DNA from: Candidatus Margulisiibacteriota bacterium
Lineage (GTDB): Bacteria; Margulisbacteria; Marinamargulisbacteria; JBFWNS01
NCBI GenBank assembly: GCA_050250935.1
Contig: JBFWNS010000006.1
Span: 92,789-156,788 of the forward strand
Length of the DNA: 64,000 nt
Direction of reading: 5' to 3'
The notes beneath the pieces were generated by a model, which saw only the letters and a program-made list of their open reading frames with translations, was not told where the DNA came from and did not search any database. Position numbers and translations under genes: made by a program. Shown piece after piece: positions 9,553 through 19,282 of this stretch (positions are counted from its first letter, which is position 1; every line of letters starts with the position of its first letter).

Positions 9553-10034
9553 AAAAAATTCTGATTTTTATTTTGCTCCCCATTTTTATGACCGTTTTGG
9601 GCGAGCTGATGTTGAAACATTCTTTGAACAAGATGGGGGTTGCGATTCCCGCTGAAACGGTAGCGGTGTGGGTGGATCGGGTGCATCCGATTGTGCCTCA
9701 AATTCCCATGGCGTGGATTTCGAAGGCGATCGAAGGTGGGCTTCATTTGGCCATTTTGGCATCGCATCTGCCCGTGGTTTTGTCGCTGTTGACCATCGTC
9801 GTGGGTGGGGTTTTGTGGTTGATTGCCATGTCGAAGTTTGAAATTTCGTTTTTGTATCCCTTTTTGAGTATTAATTATTTGGTGATTTTGGCCGGATCGG
9901 CTTTGTTTTTGGGAGAAAAAGTCAGTTTGTATCGCTGCATTTCGGCCACGCTGATTGTGATTGGATTGGTGATTATGTCCCGCAGTCCCAATCGCGAAAA
10001 ACCCCACGATAGTCCCGTACAAAAGGAGCCCTAG
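9549..10034 (+). CDS. Small 4-TM DMT/EamA-like half-transporter, subunit 2
   Basis: 161 aa and hydrophobic, with ISFLYPFLSINYLVILAGSALFLGEKVSL. Its start overlaps the previous gene by 4 bp (ATGA), so the two probably form a heterodimeric pair. Confidence 0.55.
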   Translation: MKKILIFILLPIFMTVLGELMLKHSLNKMGVAIPAETVAVWVDRVHPIVPQIPMAWISKAIEGGLHLAILASHLPVVLSLLTIVVGGVLWLIAMSKFEISFLYPFLSINYLVILAGSALFLGEKVSLYRCISATLIVIGLVIMSRSPNREKPHDSPVQKEP

Positions 10035-10036
10035 CT

Positions 10037-11230
10037 ATGATTTCTGCCATTGCCAGTCAACTCGAAGATAGCATTACCATCGCCGTGACCTCGCTTGCCA
10101 AAAAACTCAAAGCCGAGGGCAAAGATGTGGTGGGTTTTGGGGCCGGAGAGCCCGATTTCCATACCCCTAAAAATATTCAGACGGCAGGTATCGATGCCAT
10201 TCAGGCTGGCAAAACCTGTTATACCCCAGAAAGTGGGATTGTCGAGCTTAAAAATGCCATCTGCGACAAACTCAAACGGGATAATCAATTGGACTATACC
10301 CCTGACAACATTGTGGTGTCTTGCGGAGCCAAACATTCCATCATCAACACCTTGATGGCCTTAATCGATCCCGGCGACGAAATTGTGATTCCTGCGCCTT
10401 ATTGGGTCAGCTATGTGGATCAGGCCAAGTTGGTGTCTGGGGTTGCGGTGATTGTGAAAACTGATGAATCCACAGGCTTCAAAATCACAGCCGACATGCT
10501 GCAACGCCACCTGACCCCGAAGTCCAAACTGTTGATTTTAAACAGTCCCTCTAACCCTACTGGGATGGTCTACAGCAAGGCCGAACTTGAAGCCATTGCC
10601 AAGGTGGTAGAAGCCCATCCCCGACTCTTTGTGATTTCAGACGAAATCTATGAAAAACTCATTTACACCGAGCAACCCCATGTGAGCATTGCCCAGTTGG
10701 GGTCTGTGATTAAAGACCGCACCATTGTGATTAATGGGGTTTCAAAATCCTATGCCATGACCGGATGGCGCATCGGCTATTTGGCGGCTCCTGCCCCCAT
10801 TGCCAAGGCCATTGGTCGCATTCAGGGGCATACAACCTCCAACCCCACCACGCCCTCCCAATGGGCCAGTGTTGAGGCTTTGAATGGGTCTCAGGACGAC
10901 GTGGCGGTGATGAAGGCCGAATTCGACCGTCGCCGGCATTACATGGTGGCAACCTTGAATACCATTCCTGGGTTTTCCTGTTTGGAGCCAGAAGGGGCGT
11001 TTTATGCGTTTCCCAATATCTCGGCCCTGTATGGTAAACGTTGTGCCTCTGGAGTCATTGCCAACTCCGCTGATTTTTGTAATTTTTTGTTAAAAGAAGC
11101 CTTGGTGGCCTGTGTGCCTGGTTCTGGATTTGGGGCTGATGCCTACATTCGACTCTCGTATTCCACCTCGATGGCGGATATCGAAAAAGGTTTGGGCCGC
11201 ATTAAGGCCTGGGTTGAGGCGCTTCAGTAG
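10037..11230 (+). CDS. Class I pyridoxal-phosphate-dependent aminotransferase (aspartate aminotransferase-like)
   Basis: 397 aa with GEPDF...P, NPSNPTGMVY, the PLP-lysine context SKSYAMTGWRIGY, and an overall AspC/AAT fold pattern. Confidence 0.8.
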   Translation: MISAIASQLEDSITIAVTSLAKKLKAEGKDVVGFGAGEPDFHTPKNIQTAGIDAIQAGKTCYTPESGIVELKNAICDKLKRDNQLDYTPDNIVVSCGAKHSIINTLMALIDPGDEIVIPAPYWVSYVDQAKLVSGVAVIVKTDESTGFKITADMLQRHLTPKSKLLILNSPSNPTGMVYSKAELEAIAKVVEAHPRLFVISDEIYEKLIYTEQPHVSIAQLGSVIKDRTIVINGVSKSYAMTGWRIGYLAAPAPIAKAIGRIQGHTTSNPTTPSQWASVEALNGSQDDVAVMKAEFDRRRHYMVATLNTIPGFSCLEPEGAFYAFPNISALYGKRCASGVIANSADFCNFLLKEALVACVPGSGFGADAYIRLSYSTSMADIEKGLGRIKAWVEALQ

Positions 11231-11233
11231 CCG

Positions 11234-12187
11234 ATGCGCTCGGTTGTTCCCCCTTCTGTAGAACTGTTTTTATTGATTGGGCGATATGCTGAGGCCATCG
11301 AGCCTGTTTTTGATCCCAATCAAGATATTTTTAAGGTTTTAAAAGACAGTTTGCGCTATGAAACGGCGTTTAACAACGCGCCCTATGTGCAGAACAACCC
11401 CATGTTGATTATCTATTTGCAACTGCTTTTGTTGTTGGCGTTGACGATGTATGGTGGGGTGTTTGTCCCCGAATTAAAACGCCTGAATTTAGAGGATAAT
11501 GGGGTTACTTTACAATGGTCCAATGGGGTGCGGGATCGTTTTACCTTTGGACTTTTTGATGACACGTTTTGCAAGTTTTATCGGTCGGTTTATACCCGGT
11601 TGTTTGTTCGGCTCGAACAGCAGCGCTCGAAGGGCAAAACCGTGCCAACCACCCTGGTGTTTTGGGTGGCCCAGATTTTGAGGGATTATGCCCAGACCCT
11701 GGCCTTGGTCGAAAAACGGGTGGTGTCGATTTATGAGCAAGAAGAAAGCTTGGTTCGGGTGTTTCAAAACGAATTGCAGCCCGATCTGTTGTTTTTAATT
11801 ATTGCGGCGTTTCCTTCTGAACAAATCAATGCCATGTTGTTGTATATTCGCCAGTTCTTTCCCCAGGAATTGGTGGTTAAACTTAAAAGTGGGAACCGTG
11901 TGAACGTGAATGCCCTGTGGCAAACCCCCTCTCCAGACATTCGCTATTTGCTTGAGAAAGTGGATTTGTATTTCGACTTGTATTTTACCTCCGAGCAACC
12001 CATTATTCGACACATTACCCAACTGAAAACCCGGGATTACGTGACTTCGATGCTGGAAAACCCTGCAGTGTTGCAGGTGGTTTTGACGAATTTAAAAGAA
12101 TTACATGCCAATCAAATTCAGGTTCGACAGACGATGTATCAGTTTTTTTTAACCCATTTGGATCGGTTGATTGCCCATGCGCCCTAG
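11234..12187 (+). CDS. Hypothetical protein (317 aa), no recognisable domain
   Basis: Long ORF with coding-like composition between the aminotransferase and the cysteine desulfurase. Its 3' end overlaps the next gene by 17 nt. Confidence 0.45.
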   Translation: MRSVVPPSVELFLLIGRYAEAIEPVFDPNQDIFKVLKDSLRYETAFNNAPYVQNNPMLIIYLQLLLLLALTMYGGVFVPELKRLNLEDNGVTLQWSNGVRDRFTFGLFDDTFCKFYRSVYTRLFVRLEQQRSKGKTVPTTLVFWVAQILRDYAQTLALVEKRVVSIYEQEESLVRVFQNELQPDLLFLIIAAFPSEQINAMLLYIRQFFPQELVVKLKSGNRVNVNALWQTPSPDIRYLLEKVDLYFDLYFTSEQPIIRHITQLKTRDYVTSMLENPAVLQVVLTNLKELHANQIQVRQTMYQFFLTHLDRLIAHAP

Positions 12188-13313
12188 AATCGATTTGGAT
12201 GCCAATGCCACCACGCCAGTGTGCGAGGCTTCGGCAAAAGCCCTTCAAAAAGCGCTGAAGATTTCGGGCAATCCCTCGAGTTTGCACGGGTTGGGCCAAG
12301 TGGCCAAAGCCTGTTTGGAAGAGGCCCGGGATGCAGTTGCTGGATTCGTCGATGCCCCTGCCGAGGGTGTGTATTTTTGTGGATCGGGTTCCGAGGCCAA
12401 TAACTGGGTGCTCAAGTCGGTGTTGGATTTTCGGCGCCGGGGTGAATCGGCCCATGTGGTGATCTCGGCCATCGAGCATTCTTGTGTGATGGAAACTTGT
12501 CGCTATTTGGAAACTTGGGGGGTGGCGGTGACGGCGGTTCCCTGTTCCGAGTCCGGGGTGATGAATCCTGGGGATATTCAGGCTGCAATCCGTCCCGATA
12601 CCCGTCTCGTTTCTGTAATGCTGGCCAATAACGAAACCGGGGCCATTCAACCGATTGCCGAGATGGCGGCTATTGCTCAATCGGCTGGCATTCCTTTTCA
12701 CACCGATGCGGTTCAAGCAGCTGGCAAACTGCCGATTTCGTTTCGGGAGTTGGGGGTGGACTATCTGAGTTTATCCGGCCATAAAGTTTATGCCCCCAAA
12801 GGCATTGGGGTGTTGGTGGCCCGGGAATCGGCGTTGTTGGTTCCCCTGATTCATGGCGGTTCTCAAGAAAAAAAACAGCGTGGCGGCACAGAGCCTGTGG
12901 CTTTGGCGGCGGCTTTGGGAGCGGCGGTGACCTGGGTTCAATCTCAGCAAAAATTTCCCTTTGAGGCCCTTAAAAAACGGTTTGTGGCCGGTTTGGCCCA
13001 ACTGCCGGGCGTGGGGTTCAATGGGGATCTGGAATGCTGTTTGGACACCACGGTGAATGTCAGTTTTGATGGCATTCGCAGTGATGGCCTGATGATGGCT
13101 TTGGATATGGCTGGCATTGCGGTTTCGACCGGGGCAGCTTGTTCGACCGGCACCATCGAGCCTTCTCATGTGTTGTTGGCCATGGGGTTGTCCAAGGCCA
13201 GGTCTTCTTCGGCCATTCGCTTTAGTTTTGGGCTGTACACCACCGAAGCCGATATCGACCAGACCCTGTCCGTTCTGGGGACCTTGGTTCCCAAATTAAG
13301 GCAGTTGTCATGA
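12171..13313 (+). CDS. Cysteine desulfurase (NifS/IscS family, class V aminotransferase)
   Basis: LDANATTPV, NPSSLHGLG, SLSGHKVYAPKGIGVL (PLP Lys) and a conserved Cys-loop region (GAACSTGT). Confidence 0.8.
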   Translation: MPMRPRIDLDANATTPVCEASAKALQKALKISGNPSSLHGLGQVAKACLEEARDAVAGFVDAPAEGVYFCGSGSEANNWVLKSVLDFRRRGESAHVVISAIEHSCVMETCRYLETWGVAVTAVPCSESGVMNPGDIQAAIRPDTRLVSVMLANNETGAIQPIAEMAAIAQSAGIPFHTDAVQAAGKLPISFRELGVDYLSLSGHKVYAPKGIGVLVARESALLVPLIHGGSQEKKQRGGTEPVALAAALGAAVTWVQSQQKFPFEALKKRFVAGLAQLPGVGFNGDLECCLDTTVNVSFDGIRSDGLMMALDMAGIAVSTGAACSTGTIEPSHVLLAMGLSKARSSSAIRFSFGLYTTEADIDQTLSVLGTLVPKLRQLS

Positions 13314-14488
13314 AGATTGCGATTTTGGGAGACGGGGTTACTGCAACCGCTGTTCGAGACGCTTGTTTGCGTTTGGGATTGGAAGAAACCGATATCGACC
13401 GTGCCGACTATGGGGTGGCCAGTCCCGGCATTCCGCCCAAAGACTATCCCAAAACCCAAACCCCGATTATTGCGGAAATTGAATTGGCCTATTTGCTTTG
13501 GGAACAGTTTGGCAACACCCCGCGCCTGATTGGGGTGACGGGGACCAACGGTAAAACAACGGTCACAGCCCTAATTGCTCATCTGTTGCAAGTGCCGGCG
13601 GCTGGCAATATTGGCTTGCCTTTAATTTCGCTGGTGAATCCCAAGGAAGCCCCACCTGCTGTGGTGGTGGAATTGAGCAGTTATCAGTTGGAGCGGTGTT
13701 TTCGGTTTCGGCCCGCAGTGGCTGTGGTGCTGAATCTGACCCCCGATCATTTGGCTAGACATGGGACCTTGGAAGCTTATGGCGAGGCCAAGGCGAGGAT
13801 TTTTCAGGCCCAAACCCCAGATGATGTGTTGATTTATTACGATCAAGATCCCCGGGTGTCGGACTTGGTGCAATCGGCCCAATCTCGGTTGGTACCTTTT
13901 AACGAAACCCATCCCATTCAATCGTTAATCAGCTCGCCTGCCTTGATTGGGGTTCACAATCGTCTGAATGGCATAGCGGCCTGCTTGGCTGCGACAGAAT
14001 TGGGTTTGGATGCGACAACCCTTCGGGATCGTATGGTTGATTTTTCCCTGCCACCCCACCGTTTGGAATGGGTTTTAACCCACGAGGGCCGGGATTTTTA
14101 CGACGATTCCAAGGCCACCAATCCCGATTCCGTGGAAGTCGCTTTGGCGGCTTTTGATCGACCTGTACATTTGTTGCTTTGTGGGGACGACAAAGGCTTG
14201 GATTTGACCAACTTTGTCCGGCACGTCACACTGAACGCCGCATCGGTGGTGGTGTTTGGCGCCATTGCCGATCGGTTTGTGGGATTGTTCGAGGCTTTGG
14301 CCCCGACTTTTCCGGTTCAGCGCTGTTCCGTTATGCCCGAAGCCATTGCCAAGGCCTATGCGGTTTCCAAGCCTGGGGATGTTATTTTGTTGTCTCCGGC
14401 CTGTTCTAGTTTTGATCAATTCGACAATTTTAACCATCGGGGAGACGTGTTTAAAGCCCTGGTGAGGGAGACTTATGCCAGCGTCTGA
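13310..14488 (+). CDS. murD: UDP-N-acetylmuramoylalanine--D-glutamate ligase
   Basis: Mur ligase P-loop IGVTGTNGKTTVTALIAHLL. The conserved order murD-ftsW-murG supports the call. 392 aa is a little shorter than typical. Confidence 0.75.
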   Translation: MKIAILGDGVTATAVRDACLRLGLEETDIDRADYGVASPGIPPKDYPKTQTPIIAEIELAYLLWEQFGNTPRLIGVTGTNGKTTVTALIAHLLQVPAAGNIGLPLISLVNPKEAPPAVVVELSSYQLERCFRFRPAVAVVLNLTPDHLARHGTLEAYGEAKARIFQAQTPDDVLIYYDQDPRVSDLVQSAQSRLVPFNETHPIQSLISSPALIGVHNRLNGIAACLAATELGLDATTLRDRMVDFSLPPHRLEWVLTHEGRDFYDDSKATNPDSVEVALAAFDRPVHLLLCGDDKGLDLTNFVRHVTLNAASVVVFGAIADRFVGLFEALAPTFPVQRCSVMPEAIAKAYAVSKPGDVILLSPACSSFDQFDNFNHRGDVFKALVRETYASV

Positions 14489-15680
14489 ACAAGGTCTAGC
14501 GGCCTCTAAAATTGATTGGTTTTTTCTGTTGGCCATGGCTGCTTTGGTGCTGATTGGTGCCATTATGATGTTGTCTTCTAGTGCTGTGGTTGGCTTCACG
14601 AGCTTTAACGACAGCTACTATTATGTCAAAAAACATTTGTTGTATTTGGCCATGGGCAGTGTGGCGTTTTTGGTGGGCATTCGGGTTCACCACAGTTTGT
14701 ATAAAAAATGGGCCCTGCAGGGATTGGCCCTGGCCAGTTTCTTGATTTTGCTGACCATTATTCCTGGGATTGGGCAAAAAATGGGTGGGGCGAATCGGTG
14801 GTTGAATTTGGGTTTTTTTCAATTTCAACCTTCTGAATTGGCCAAGTTTTTTATTGTGGTGTTTTTGGCCGTTTCGTTGGAGCGCAAGCAGCGTTATTTA
14901 AAAAACTTTGCCAAGGGTGTTATGCCCATTTTGGCGGTGATAGCGGTTCCGGCCTTGATTTTGGCCTTGCAGCCCGATTTGGGGAACGTGATTTTGATTA
15001 TGGGTGTGACCCTGACCCTACTGCTCTTAAGCGAAACCAAGATGGGCCAATTTACCCTGTTGGGCGGGTTGGCAGGTTTGGTGGTGGTGGTGAATGTGTT
15101 GATTCATCCCTATCAGATGGATCGGGTGAAGTCTTTTATCGATCCGTGGCGGGATCCTGCCGGTAAAAACTACCACATCATCCAATCGTTTATTGCCATT
15201 GGGTCTGGGGGCTTTATGGGCCAAGGATTGGGGCAAAGCAAGTTAAAGTATTTTTATTTGCCCTTGCAATATTCCGATTTTATTTTCTCGATTATTTGCG
15301 AAGAAGGGGGCTTTGTATTGGGAGCCTTTGTGATTTTGTTGTTTGCGGTTCTGTTTCACCGTGGGTTTCATATTGCCAGACGGGCCAACAACCGGTTTTC
15401 GGCTTATTTGGCCATGGGGTTAACCTTACTGTTGGTGTATCAGGCCTATATTAATATTGCAGTGGTCATCGGGGTTTTTCCGGTTAAGGGGATTCCGTTG
15501 ACGTTTATTAGTTTTGGGGGAACTTCCTTAATTGTATCGATGTTTGCTTCGGGTGTGATTTTGAACATTTCTAAAAATCAAGGCGAATTACCAGCCCGAA
15601 CCCCAAGGTCAAAACCTGCAGCCGATGCGGAGCCCACGCCCTTTGTTCTGCGACGAGACTATGACAATCGCCCCACTTAA
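14475..15680 (+). CDS. ftsW: Peptidoglycan glycosyltransferase FtsW (SEDS family)
   Basis: 10-TM SEDS protein with IDWFFLLAMAALVLIGAIMMLSSS and the SDFIFSIICEEGGF motif. It sits between murD and murG. Confidence 0.85.
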   Translation: MPASEQGLAASKIDWFFLLAMAALVLIGAIMMLSSSAVVGFTSFNDSYYYVKKHLLYLAMGSVAFLVGIRVHHSLYKKWALQGLALASFLILLTIIPGIGQKMGGANRWLNLGFFQFQPSELAKFFIVVFLAVSLERKQRYLKNFAKGVMPILAVIAVPALILALQPDLGNVILIMGVTLTLLLLSETKMGQFTLLGGLAGLVVVVNVLIHPYQMDRVKSFIDPWRDPAGKNYHIIQSFIAIGSGGFMGQGLGQSKLKYFYLPLQYSDFIFSIICEEGGFVLGAFVILLFAVLFHRGFHIARRANNRFSAYLAMGLTLLLVYQAYINIAVVIGVFPVKGIPLTFISFGGTSLIVSMFASGVILNISKNQGELPARTPRSKPAADAEPTPFVLRRDYDNRPT

Positions 15681-16740
15681 AATCGCTTTTACCTGTGGGG
15701 GGACGGGCGGTCATGTGTACCCGGCCATTGCCTTGGCTCAAGAATGGGTGGCGATGGGGCATGAGGTGGTGTTTTTGACCTCGGACTCTCGCATTGATGC
15801 CGAAGGCGTGCGCCGCTATGGCTTTCCTTTGGAGACTGTTTCTGTAGACCGTAAAACCGGTTTTGGATTATTCAACTCTTTTTGGCAAGCTTATCGCTAT
15901 TTTAAGACCCACACCCTTTCGGCTGTGGTTGCCACTGGGGGCTATGCCACCTTGCCGGTGGGCTTGGCCGCTTGGATGGCGGGTATTCCGCTTTATGTTC
16001 AAGAACAAAACAGCGTTCCGGGCCGGGTGAATCGACTTTTGGCCAGGGTAGCTCGACGTGTTTTTTTGACCTTTCCAGAATCTGGCCGGTTTTTCCCAGC
16101 ATCCAAAATTCAAGTGGTGGGGAACCCCATTCGGCGAACCTTTTTAAAAGGCGAGGTCGAGGCTGTTTTTGAAGGCTTGGATCTGGCGCCTTGTCCCACG
16201 GTGTTGGTGTTTGGGGGCAGCCAAGGATCAGCCGCTTTGAATGCTGTGATGGCTGAGCAGTATGATGAATTTGTGGAAGCCCCTTATTGTTTGATTCATC
16301 TGACCGGTGGGGCCTTGCCAGACCCTCATCCCCGTTGGACGGTGGTGACGCCCCAGCTGGTGGCGGCTGCCGATGCCCAGGGTCGTATTAAAGTGGTGGT
16401 GATGTCCTATTTCGAGGCCATGGATTTGCTTTATGCCAAAGCCGATGTGGTGATGTCCAGAGCCGGGGCGACCACCTTGGCCGAGCTGTTGGCTTTTCAT
16501 CAAAAAGCCATTTTGGTGCCCTATCCCTATGCGATGGACGATCATCAACGCCACAATGCCGAGGCCTTTTGTTTGACGGGTAATGGCACAGTCTTGCCCG
16601 AACAAGACATGAATGAGGCTGTGGTTTGGGACTTGTTCCAGCGTTGGGCTTCTGCGCCGTATCGACCGGCGACCTTGCCTAATCAGGCCCGGGTTCAGAT
16701 TACCCAGCAGCTTTTAACCGATTTGGGAGGACTGTCATGA
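15661..16740 (+). CDS. murG: UDP-N-acetylglucosamine--N-acetylmuramyl-(pentapeptide) pyrophosphoryl-undecaprenol N-acetylglucosamine transferase
   Basis: IAFTCGGTGGHVYPAIALAQE is the G-loop of MurG. GT-B fold. Start is taken at ATG 15661 (MTIAPLK). Confidence 0.85.
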   Translation: MTIAPLKIAFTCGGTGGHVYPAIALAQEWVAMGHEVVFLTSDSRIDAEGVRRYGFPLETVSVDRKTGFGLFNSFWQAYRYFKTHTLSAVVATGGYATLPVGLAAWMAGIPLYVQEQNSVPGRVNRLLARVARRVFLTFPESGRFFPASKIQVVGNPIRRTFLKGEVEAVFEGLDLAPCPTVLVFGGSQGSAALNAVMAEQYDEFVEAPYCLIHLTGGALPDPHPRWTVVTPQLVAAADAQGRIKVVVMSYFEAMDLLYAKADVVMSRAGATTLAELLAFHQKAILVPYPYAMDDHQRHNAEAFCLTGNGTVLPEQDMNEAVVWDLFQRWASAPYRPATLPNQARVQITQQLLTDLGGLS

Positions 16741-17696
16741 ATCCTGCTTATGCTGCTGTGATGGATGCCAATGTGAACCGTGTGGCGGAAGGGTTGAGGG
16801 TTATTGAGGAATACACCCGGTTTATTGCCGGCAAAAAAACCCTGACCGACCGTTTGGCGGTTTTGCGAAAGCACCTGAATCAGGTGCCTTATCCTTGGGA
16901 ATCGTTGTTGGCCATCCGCGACACAGCCCAGGACATGAGGGCCAAAGAAATCCCCCAAACCCGGTCCGATTTGGTGGGTCTGCTTAAAGCCAATTTCAAA
17001 CGGGTGGAAGAGGGATTGCGGGTCTTGGAAGAATATTCGGGTAACCCGGTTTACAACCAAGCCCGATACGATGTCTATGACTTGGAAAAAGAGGTGCTGT
17101 TGGGATTGGTTCAGAAAAACATTCGCCCTGGTATCTATTTGATTTCCGATTCTGTGGATGTGCTTCAACAAGGGTTGGCCTGGGGCGTGTCTGTGATTCA
17201 ACTGCGGGACAAACACGCCAGTAAGGCCGAGATTTTGGAAAAAGCCAGAGCTGTAGCGGCCCTGGACCGTGGGGATATTCCCTTGATTATCAACGATTTT
17301 ATCGATATTGCGCTCTTGGTGAATGCCGATGGTGTGCACACCGGCCAAGACGATCTGGCCATTGGGTTTCAGCGGCAGTTGCTGGGCCCCCATCGCATCA
17401 TTGGGCGAACCACCCACAGTTTGGACCAAGGGCTTCAAGCTCAGGCCGAGGGGGCCGATTACATCAGTGTGGGGCCGATTTGGGAAACCCCTTCCAAACC
17501 CGGTCGAGCTGGGATTGGCTTCGACTATTTGGCTGATGCTTCGGCCCACTTAACCGTGCCTTATGTGGCCATCGGTGGGGTGAACCGTGGTAATATCGAG
17601 GCTGTGTTGGCCCATAATCCCCCCATGGTGGGATTGATTCGCGACTTTGAGGCTATTCCAGAGTTGCAAAGGAAGATGAATGCCCGATTTGCCTAA
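16737..17696 (+). CDS. thiE: Thiamine-phosphate synthase with an N-terminal extension (~130 aa) containing an internal duplication
   Basis: C-terminal 190 aa has the ThiE TIM-barrel motifs (IYLISD..., IQLRDK, GADYISVGPIWETPSK, VAIGGV). The N-terminus has two repeats, RVAEGLRVIEEY and RVEEGLRVLEEY. Confidence 0.8.
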   Translation: MNPAYAAVMDANVNRVAEGLRVIEEYTRFIAGKKTLTDRLAVLRKHLNQVPYPWESLLAIRDTAQDMRAKEIPQTRSDLVGLLKANFKRVEEGLRVLEEYSGNPVYNQARYDVYDLEKEVLLGLVQKNIRPGIYLISDSVDVLQQGLAWGVSVIQLRDKHASKAEILEKARAVAALDRGDIPLIINDFIDIALLVNADGVHTGQDDLAIGFQRQLLGPHRIIGRTTHSLDQGLQAQAEGADYISVGPIWETPSKPGRAGIGFDYLADASAHLTVPYVAIGGVNRGNIEAVLAHNPPMVGLIRDFEAIPELQRKMNARFA

Positions 17697-18075
17697 AATT
17701 CTCTTGTTGGAAGACGAGGCTCTGCAATTGAACCGCATGGTCTCGATTTTGTCCCCTTATGCCACCCTGTTTGCCAAAGAAACCCAGGCTGAAACCCTGG
17801 TTGTTTTGGCCGAAAACCCCGATATCGCCCTGATTATTACGGATTTTAAATTCCCCGACGGGGATGGCAATAGCCTGATCAAAGCCCTGGTTGCTCAGGG
17901 TCAGGTTCCGCCCATTATTTTGCAGTCTGCCCACATGGCCCCACTCGATATGGTTTTGCCCGAATACCGGTCCTATGTGGTTGCGGTTTTGGAAAAACCC
18001 TTTGGCCGTTCAGTTTTTCTAGATTTGGTGTTGGCGCAGATTCAAGGATCGCCTAAAATAGATCCAAAGCTTTAA
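17680..18075 (+). CDS. Stand-alone response-regulator receiver (CheY-like) protein
   Basis: 131 aa: ILLLEDEALQLNRM...IITDFKFPDGDG...K. A REC fold with no output domain. It overlaps the thiE 3' end by 17 nt. Confidence 0.6.
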   Translation: MPDLPKILLLEDEALQLNRMVSILSPYATLFAKETQAETLVVLAENPDIALIITDFKFPDGDGNSLIKALVAQGQVPPIILQSAHMAPLDMVLPEYRSYVVAVLEKPFGRSVFLDLVLAQIQGSPKIDPKL

Positions 18076-18091
18076 TTTTAAGGACGCCATC

Positions 18092-19282
18092 ATGCCAAAA
18101 TTTATCGTGTGCTTGGGCGACGGCATGGCCGATTTGCCCATCGATCGTTTTAATGGAAAAACCCCCCTTCAGTTTGCCAAAACCCCCAACATGGATTGGT
18201 TGGCGGCCAAGGGTCAGTCGGGATTGGTTCACACGGTTCCTGCCGGCTTGAACCCCGGATCCGATGTCGCCAATATGGGTATTTTGGGCTATGACCCTCG
18301 CTTGTATTATACCGGTCGTGGACCCATCGAAGCCGCCAGTATGGGGGTTCCGGTAGAGGACAATCAGGTTATTTTTCGCTGTAACCTGGTCACCCTTCAG
18401 GATGGGGTGATGGCCGATTTTACGGCTGGGCACATTACCACCGAAGAAGCCGATGCCATTTTGGTCAGTTTAAATGCCCATTTTGAGGGTCGGGGCTTAA
18501 CCTTTTTTACTGGTGTGAGCTACCGCCACATTTTGCGGATGGACCAACGCTTTTTAGACTTGAAAACCCATGCCCCCCACGATGTCACCGACAAAGCTGT
18601 GGCGCCGTATTGGCCGTCTGGCTCTACGGCTGCCGAGTTGATGGCCCTTGTGGATGAAGCTGCCGAATTGTTAAGAACCCATCCGGTTAATGTGGGACGA
18701 TTGTCCGAGGGCAAAAAACCCGTCACCCACATTTGGCCGTGGAGCCAAGGGCGGTATCCGAGCCTGCCTTCGTTCAAAGAAATCTGGGGCCTTACCGGTG
18801 GCATTGTTACCGCTGTGGATTTGCTGCGGGGCTTGGCCACTTTAACCGGTTTGGAATCGCCAGCGGTTAAGGGGGCGACCGGCTTTTTGGATACGAATTA
18901 CGAGGCCAAGGTTCAGGCTGGTTTGGAGATCTTAAAGAACAACGATTTTTTGTATTTACACGTCGAAGCCCCCGATGAATGTGGGCACATGGGGGATCCC
19001 GAGCTTAAAGTTCAGGCCATCGAAGATTTTGATCGCGAAATTGTGGGCCGGGTTCTGGACTATGTGGCCAAGCACGACGATGTACATGTGTTGGTATTGC
19101 CCGATCATCCCACCCCTTGTGCATTGAAAACCCATTCTCATGCCCCTGTTCCCTATGCCCTGTATTACAGTGGCATCGAGGCCGATGCGGTTCAAGCCTA
19201 CGACGAAACCAGTGCCACGGGTTCTGGCGTTGAATTTGATACCCCTTGGGATTTGATGCGCCACTTTTTGGTGGGGCTCTGA
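18092..19282 (+). CDS. apgM: Cofactor-independent phosphoglycerate mutase, archaeal-type (ApgM family)
   Basis: MPKFIVCLGDGMADLPI..., LHVEAPDECGHMGD, VLPDHPTP. These are ApgM / metalloenzyme-superfamily motifs. Confidence 0.75.
   Translation: MPKFIVCLGDGMADLPIDRFNGKTPLQFAKTPNMDWLAAKGQSGLVHTVPAGLNPGSDVANMGILGYDPRLYYTGRGPIEAASMGVPVEDNQVIFRCNLVTLQDGVMADFTAGHITTEEADAILVSLNAHFEGRGLTFFTGVSYRHILRMDQRFLDLKTHAPHDVTDKAVAPYWPSGSTAAELMALVDEAAELLRTHPVNVGRLSEGKKPVTHIWPWSQGRYPSLPSFKEIWGLTGGIVTAVDLLRGLATLTGLESPAVKGATGFLDTNYEAKVQAGLEILKNNDFLYLHVEAPDECGHMGDPELKVQAIEDFDREIVGRVLDYVAKHDDVHVLVLPDHPTPCALKTHSHAPVPYALYYSGIEADAVQAYDETSATGSGVEFDTPWDLMRHFLVGL

Noticed and set aside
12015-12716. 233-aa minus-strand ORF
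   Set aside because: It is antisense to the cysteine desulfurase gene and Gly/Arg/His-rich, typical of GC-rich shadow frames.
16695-17549. 284-aa minus-strand ORF
   Set aside because: It is antisense to thiE; the thiE frame carries clear family motifs.
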